From an uncultured Syntrophomonadaceae bacterium (GTDB lineage: Bacteria; Bacillota; Dethiobacteria; DTU022): a DNA stretch of 64,000 nt. The notes beneath the pieces are model-generated. The model saw only the letters and a list, made by a program, of their open reading frames with translations, ran no database searches and was not told where the DNA came from. Within the stretch, counting starts at the first letter, position 1. Each line of letters starts with the position of its first letter. A program made the translations under genes and the position numbers. Location: NCBI GenBank assembly GCA_964467475.1, contig CAYXQO010000003.1, positions 48,819 to 112,818 of the forward strand, written 5' to 3'. Shown here piece by piece: positions 59,148 through 64,000 of the stretch.

Positions 59148-59936
59148 GTGAAGGGTGACTGGGATTTTGTCCGGTTTAAAAAAGAATTTTACGATTTAAC
59201 CAGCCTGGATTTGGACAGGTATAAAGACAGGCAGATGGAAAGAAGGATAGGCCAGTTGGTGGCTCGTGAGGGTTATGACGGTCTTCATTCTTTTTTCAAA
59301 GCCCTTAAGTCAAGCAACGAACTGCTCCATAAGTTTTATAATTATTTAACTATTAATACCTCAGTCTTTTTCCGGGATACGAAAGTTTATGACTATCTTC
59401 AGAATAATGCACTGGTTGATTTGCTAAATAATTTCCAGCGCATAAAGATTTGGAGTATGGGGTGTTCACATGGTGAAGAACCCTATACTATAGCCCTGAT
59501 TTTAGATCAATTGTCTGCTCTTCAACGGGCAGAAATTTTGGCCAGCGATATAGACGATAAGGCTTTAGAAATGGCCCGTGAAGCTAAATATAATCCGAAC
59601 CAGTTGGAAAAAGTGCCGCCGCAGCTTTTAAGGGAAGCTTTTGTCCAAAAAAATGGATTTTATTACCTTGCTCAGTCATACAAGAGTGCGGTTACATTTA
59701 AAAAGCATAATCTTTTGGCTCCAATATACAAAGATATGCCTGCGATGCAGCTAATTCTCTGTCGCAATGTCTTTATTTATTTTAAGATCGATGTTCAGGA
59801 ATGGATCGTAGAACAGGTTTCAAAGAAAATAACACCGGGTGGTTACCTGATCATCGGTTGTGCTGAATTTATAAATAAGCCTGAACGATTTAACCTGGAA
59901 AGGTTAATTCCTTCGATTTATAAAAAAGTAAAATAA
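59148..59936 (+). CDS. cheR: Chemotaxis methyltransferase CheR
   Basis: CheR N-terminal domain plus SAM-binding domain. Confidence 0.85.
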   Translation: MKGDWDFVRFKKEFYDLTSLDLDRYKDRQMERRIGQLVAREGYDGLHSFFKALKSSNELLHKFYNYLTINTSVFFRDTKVYDYLQNNALVDLLNNFQRIKIWSMGCSHGEEPYTIALILDQLSALQRAEILASDIDDKALEMAREAKYNPNQLEKVPPQLLREAFVQKNGFYYLAQSYKSAVTFKKHNLLAPIYKDMPAMQLILCRNVFIYFKIDVQEWIVEQVSKKITPGGYLIIGCAEFINKPERFNLERLIPSIYKKVK

Positions 59937-59983
59937 CCCTGTAACTTCCGTTCCAGTTGCCGATAAATATAGTGGAGGTAATA

Positions 59984-60808
59984 ATGGTGGGGAAGTACAG
60001 GTTTAAAGTAGTTATATATACGTTAGCTGCAGCCCTCTTTTTACTCGCTCTCGCCGGAGATGGTACAGATTTACTTAATTATTTTTGGGAAGAGCGACCT
60101 GAGAGGACTGTGGAAACGGCTTTTGAGGTTACTTCTGTGCGCACCGAAAGAGTGCTCATGGAAGGGACTGAATGGGAAACTGTTCTTTATAAAATAAGTT
60201 CGCCAACTGAAGGTCCTACGGTGATGATCATTGGCGGTATTCATGGTAATGAACCGGCCGGTTTCAAGGCAGCGGACACTATGAAAAACTGGGCGATCGA
60301 CCGGGGCACCCTGCTGGTATTACCCAGGGCAAATGTTCCGGCCATCGAAGCAAGATCCAGGAGAGCCCCGAGTGATGGGCTTGATTTAAACCGCACTTTC
60401 CCGGGGGATGCCGATGGAACGGGAACTGAAATTATGGCCTCTGTCATTGTTTCGCTGATGGAAGAATTTGAGCCTGACTGGGTTATTGATCTTCACGAGG
60501 CCTCTAATTTTGAAAGAAATGTACCGGGTTCCCTGGGACAGACATTAATCTATCCGAGAAATGCTGATGCATTAGATGTAGTAGAGAAATTAAAAAAAGC
60601 AGTAAACCGGACTATATTAAATAAAGACCATCACTTTTTGATTATTCGCGGTGGTACCACGGGCACCTTGATTAATGAAGCTCATACTAGCGGTTATGAG
60701 GCGATCATTACTGAGACGGTTACAAAAATGCCCATGGAAGATCGCATTCATTTTCAACAACAAATAGTGACTTCGCTATTATATATCCTTGGGATTACTA
60801 TCTATTAA
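59984..60808 (+). CDS. Secreted M14-like zinc carboxypeptidase (succinylglutamate desuccinylase/aspartoacylase family)
   Basis: Signal peptide. GGIHGNEPAG and DLNRTFPG zinc-ligand motifs. Confidence 0.65.
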   Translation: MVGKYRFKVVIYTLAAALFLLALAGDGTDLLNYFWEERPERTVETAFEVTSVRTERVLMEGTEWETVLYKISSPTEGPTVMIIGGIHGNEPAGFKAADTMKNWAIDRGTLLVLPRANVPAIEARSRRAPSDGLDLNRTFPGDADGTGTEIMASVIVSLMEEFEPDWVIDLHEASNFERNVPGSLGQTLIYPRNADALDVVEKLKKAVNRTILNKDHHFLIIRGGTTGTLINEAHTSGYEAIITETVTKMPMEDRIHFQQQIVTSLLYILGITIY

Positions 60809-60853
60809 TAGATAGTAGTTAAATAGCCGGGATTTTTTAAAGGGACAGGGAGA

Positions 60854-61582
60854 GTGAGCCGTTTGGATAGCAGTTTTTTAACCGCTTTATTCCGTGATCC
60901 GGTATTAAACCGGCTTACCGCAAGTAAGCCTTCCGGGTCGGTCGGTAGCGGTGCCAGGATGCCGGAATCCCTGGTGGCAAAAGTCACTGCCCTCAAAGGC
61001 GAAGCTGCGGTTTTACGCTGGGAAGGGGGAACTTTTGCTGCTCTGCTAAACGCCGAAACAACCCCGGGTGAAAAACTTTTCTTAAAATATAACGGGATGA
61101 AAGAAGGCAAGCCCCATTACCGGATTATGGCTCGCATACCCGGGAGCAACACTGCTGAAAATAATATTTTGCCCAACCGTATGGAAGCGGGAGAATCATT
61201 TTTATTTGCGTTAATGCCCGGGGTGGCCGGGAGGCAAGGAGCCCGCCCGGCCCTGGTTCGATTTACTCCAAGGGATGAAAAACGCAAGCCGGCAAATAAT
61301 CAGCCGGAACCACTAATTGAATTATTTTTGGATACAGAACGATTTGGTCTTATTTTGGTCCGTTTTTTTTATCAACAAGGCAAAAATATTGAGTGCCGTT
61401 TTGTGGTAGAATCCAGGGAAGCCGGCCGAGATCTCCAGGGTGAGGCGGAGCGCTTTATTGATGAGACGGGGGGTTCCGGACAAGCCGGAGACACGCCGTT
61501 GAAGTGGTCGGTTGGTAATTTACGCAAGAAGGCAGCAGAGGTTTTGCATCATGGGGGTTATGGAATAAACAAGAAAGCTTAG
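60854..61582 (+). CDS. Hypothetical protein, possibly with a FliK-like C-terminal domain
   Basis: Weak resemblance of PEPLIELFLDTERFGLILVRF to the Flg_hook motif. Positioned upstream of the FlhB-C-like gene. Confidence 0.35.
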   Translation: MSRLDSSFLTALFRDPVLNRLTASKPSGSVGSGARMPESLVAKVTALKGEAAVLRWEGGTFAALLNAETTPGEKLFLKYNGMKEGKPHYRIMARIPGSNTAENNILPNRMEAGESFLFALMPGVAGRQGARPALVRFTPRDEKRKPANNQPEPLIELFLDTERFGLILVRFFYQQGKNIECRFVVESREAGRDLQGEAERFIDETGGSGQAGDTPLKWSVGNLRKKAAEVLHHGGYGINKKA

Positions 61583-61593
61583 AGGGGATTCAA

Positions 61594-61890
61594 GTGGAAG
61601 AGAATAATTCCAAAAACAGGCGTATTGATGAACTTCGCCGGGCAATCGCTTTGCAGTACGATCCAAATAAAAATGAAGCACCCAGTGTTACAGCCAGCGG
61701 CCGGGGGTGGTTAGCTGAACGCATAATTCAGCTGGCCAATGATAACAGCGTTCCTATAATCGAGGACAACGCCCTGGCTAAAGCGCTTGGTGATTTACCC
61801 CTGGGGGAGGAGGTGCCGCAGGAGCTTTATGAGGCTGTAGCGGCAATTTATGCGTTTATTATAGAAGCAGATCAACGGACGGGTTACTAG
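61594..61890 (+). CDS. FlhB C-terminal domain-like small protein (EscU/YscU/HrcU family, YlqH-like)
   Basis: 98 aa homologous to the FlhB cytoplasmic domain. Confidence 0.7.
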   Translation: MEENNSKNRRIDELRRAIALQYDPNKNEAPSVTASGRGWLAERIIQLANDNSVPIIEDNALAKALGDLPLGEEVPQELYEAVAAIYAFIIEADQRTGY

Positions 61891-62082
61891 TAATTATCCG
61901 CCGGAGGTTTTGCTATTGGTATAGAGGAATTACCTGGTTAACTGGCGAATTATTATGCCACCGTGTTTAAGGAATCAGGCTTTAATACCCTGGCCTGGCA
62001 AAAGCCTGGAGCATTAACTTAATTAAGCCTGTTTTTTATCGCCGGGAGAGAAAGCCGGGGTTTTGGACAAGGGGGATTATCG

Positions 62083-63294
62083 TTGGAAATTTTCGTGGCC
62101 AGACAACCTATATTTGACAGGCGCCAAAAAGTTTATGCTTATGAATTACTGTACCGAGCCGGGAAAGAAAATTATAACCCTGTTACAAACGGTGATCTGG
62201 CTACTTCTGAGGTTATCGTCAATAGTTTTCTGGACCTCGGTCTAGACAAATTAACCAGGAGGAAGAGAGCTTTTATTAACTTCAGTAACCAGCTGCTTAA
62301 CAATAAAACAGCATTGCTGCTGCCGAAAGAACTAATCGCGGTAGAAGTGACCAGGGAGATCGAGTCAGACCAGGAAACTATTGAGGCTTGTAAAGAACTC
62401 AAGAAAAAAGGTTACATGATGGTCCTTGATGATTATAACCACGATGCTGAAAATAAAAGGATTGTCGATATTGCTGATTTTATCAAAGTGGACTACCAGG
62501 AAACCGGGACAGCAGAGCGTGAAAAAATTGTCAATTACTTCAAAGGCAGCAAGAAAAAACTAATTGCGGAAAAGGTAGAAAATGTAAAAGACTATGGCGA
62601 TGCAATGGCAAATGGGTATGATTTTTTCCAGGGATACTTTTTTTGTGAGCCAACAGTGGTGGCAGGCAGGGAAATACCCGGTGCCAAGCTGCAAAACCTC
62701 CGCTTACTCCAGGAGATTTATAAACCGGAGATGGATTTTGACCAGATTGAAGCTTTGATTAAGCAAGATCCCTCCCTTTCCTATAAATTGTTGCGTTTTA
62801 TCAATTCTGTAGCATTTCCGCTTCGCTTCCCAATTCGTTCAATCCGCCAAGCTATAGCCCTGTTAGGACAAAAAGAAATGATCAAATGGTCTTCCCTGGT
62901 GGCCTTACGCGGTGTTGGGTATGATAAACCGGATGAATTGATTGTTACTGCTGTAGCCAGGGCAAAATTTTGCGAATCGATGGCAAAAGCCACCGATTTA
63001 CAAGACCGTAGTGCTGATTTATTTTTAACCGGGATGTTCTCGCTTCTCGATACATTTCTTGATCAACCTATGGAGAATGTCCTCGCGGAATTGCCGCTGG
63101 CAGACGAGATAAAAAGTGCCCTCAGTGGAGAACCGGGACCGTTTCGTGATATTTTAGACCTGGTGCTGCTTTATGAAAAGGGAAACTGGGAGAAAGCCTT
63201 TACCATAGCATCAGAAAAGTATGGCCTTGATGAAGTGGAAATGATGTCTTATTATCTCGAATCACTTGAGCTGGCAGATATGGTATGGAAATAA
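62083..63294 (+). CDS. EAL-like plus HDOD domain protein (EAL motif reads ELL)
   Basis: N-terminal EAL fold (QPIFD...YELLYR). C-terminal HDOD (LLRFINS...). TTG start behind AGGGGGA. Confidence 0.7.
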   Translation: MEIFVARQPIFDRRQKVYAYELLYRAGKENYNPVTNGDLATSEVIVNSFLDLGLDKLTRRKRAFINFSNQLLNNKTALLLPKELIAVEVTREIESDQETIEACKELKKKGYMMVLDDYNHDAENKRIVDIADFIKVDYQETGTAEREKIVNYFKGSKKKLIAEKVENVKDYGDAMANGYDFFQGYFFCEPTVVAGREIPGAKLQNLRLLQEIYKPEMDFDQIEALIKQDPSLSYKLLRFINSVAFPLRFPIRSIRQAIALLGQKEMIKWSSLVALRGVGYDKPDELIVTAVARAKFCESMAKATDLQDRSADLFLTGMFSLLDTFLDQPMENVLAELPLADEIKSALSGEPGPFRDILDLVLLYEKGNWEKAFTIASEKYGLDEVEMMSYYLESLELADMVWK

Positions 63295-63319
63295 AATATA
63301 ATTTGGGAGGAATAATGGA

Positions 63320-63808
63320 ATGACTATGAAAGCAGAACAAAAAGTGTATGAAACCCTTGAACAACTGGGGGTTAATTATACCCGCTACGAGCACCCTCCG
63401 GTATATACCGTGGAAGAAGCTAAAAAATACTGGAAAGACATTCAAGGGGCTCATGCAAAAAATTTATTTTTAAGAAACAATAAGGGGAACCGTCATTTCC
63501 TGGTGGTCCTGGAACAATCCAAGTCTGCAGACTTAAAAGATTTGTCTGCTAAGCTGGCTGCCGGCAAATTGAGTTTTGCTTCGGAAAGGCGGCTTAAAGA
63601 ACATCTTGACCTTGATACCGGGGCTGTTTCGCCGTTTGGCCTGATCAATGATGAAAAGAATGCGGTTACGGTAGTTCTCGACAAGGATTTAAAAAAAGCT
63701 GAAATGGTTAATTTTCATCCCAATGTCAATACTGCAACTATAAGCATCACATACCGGGATTTTGAAAAGTTTCTTGAACATTGTGGCAATGAAATAATAT
63801 ATATTTAG
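63320..63808 (+). CDS. YbaK/ProX-family aminoacyl-tRNA deacylase
   Basis: YbaK/EbsC-like sequence of 162 aa. Confidence 0.7.
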   Translation: MTMKAEQKVYETLEQLGVNYTRYEHPPVYTVEEAKKYWKDIQGAHAKNLFLRNNKGNRHFLVVLEQSKSADLKDLSAKLAAGKLSFASERRLKEHLDLDTGAVSPFGLINDEKNAVTVVLDKDLKKAEMVNFHPNVNTATISITYRDFEKFLEHCGNEIIYI

Positions 63809-63961
63809 TTCGTCTTAAAAAGGCTGTTGTAGATCATAAAGGGTTAACCGCCCCATAATTGTCTCCACCGGATCCGGCATATACATTGGTTTTGCTGGAG
63901 GCTTAAAGCCTTGAATTCTAACATCAAGATTAACCCTCAAGATAAGGGAGGCCGTTATCTT

Positions 63962-64000
63962 TGAAAGAATTGAAAAGCATTCAGGAGTTTCTGCAAAAAG
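63962..64000 (+). CDS. 5' end of a hypothetical CDS (truncated by the window edge)
   Basis: A GGGAGG RBS lies 9 nt upstream of TTG. The frame stays open to the window end. Confidence 0.3.

Noticed and set aside
1-64000. Mobile elements, CRISPR arrays, prophage, toxin-antitoxin or defence systems
   Set aside because: No transposase or integrase-like ORFs, no direct-repeat/spacer arrays, and no terminal inverted repeats were seen. Gene content is housekeeping plus motility.

Overview
This 64 kb window is a chromosomal segment from a Gram-positive, Clostridia-like bacterium. The call rests on GGAGG-type ribosome-binding sites, TTG/GTG starts, and a gene order resembling the B. subtilis fla/che operon. 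All annotation is from sequence reading alone.

The first ~19 kb holds housekeeping and envelope genes: tRNA-Val, an HD hydrolase, a GT2 glycosyltransferase, mnmA, a RodZ-like protein, csrA-flaG, a 5'-nucleotidase, a class IV aminotransferase, nif3 with its Zn-ribbon partner, tatC and a MORN-repeat protein. It also contains an unusual HU-domain/MinD-like ATPase fusion.

From ~18 kb onward the window is a c-di-GMP plus flagellar/chemotaxis supercluster:
- A candidate GEMM (c-di-GMP-I) riboswitch sits upstream of an HD-GYP phosphodiesterase, ComFB and FapA genes.
- flgM-flgN-flgK-flgL-fliW follow.
- A second candidate GEMM riboswitch with an intrinsic terminator lies in the leader of a ~32 kb operon running flgB-flgC-fliE-fliF-fliG-fliH-fliI-fliJ-fliK-flgD-flgE-motA-motB-fliL-fliN'-fliO-fliP-fliQ-fliR-flhB-flhA-flhF-flhG-sigD (fliA)-flgF-flgG-fliM-fliN-fliY-cheA-cheY-cheD-cheB-cheR.
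- The window ends with a FlhB-C-like protein, an EAL-HDOD protein and a YbaK/ProX deacylase.

Other notable points:
- FlgE and FlgL carry large acidic insertions.
- FliY carries a tandemly duplicated CheC domain.
- A third FliN-like gene is present.
- csrA is uncoupled from fliW.
- A GCCGATAA (sigma-28 -10-like) motif recurs.

No mobile elements, CRISPR arrays or rRNA were seen.
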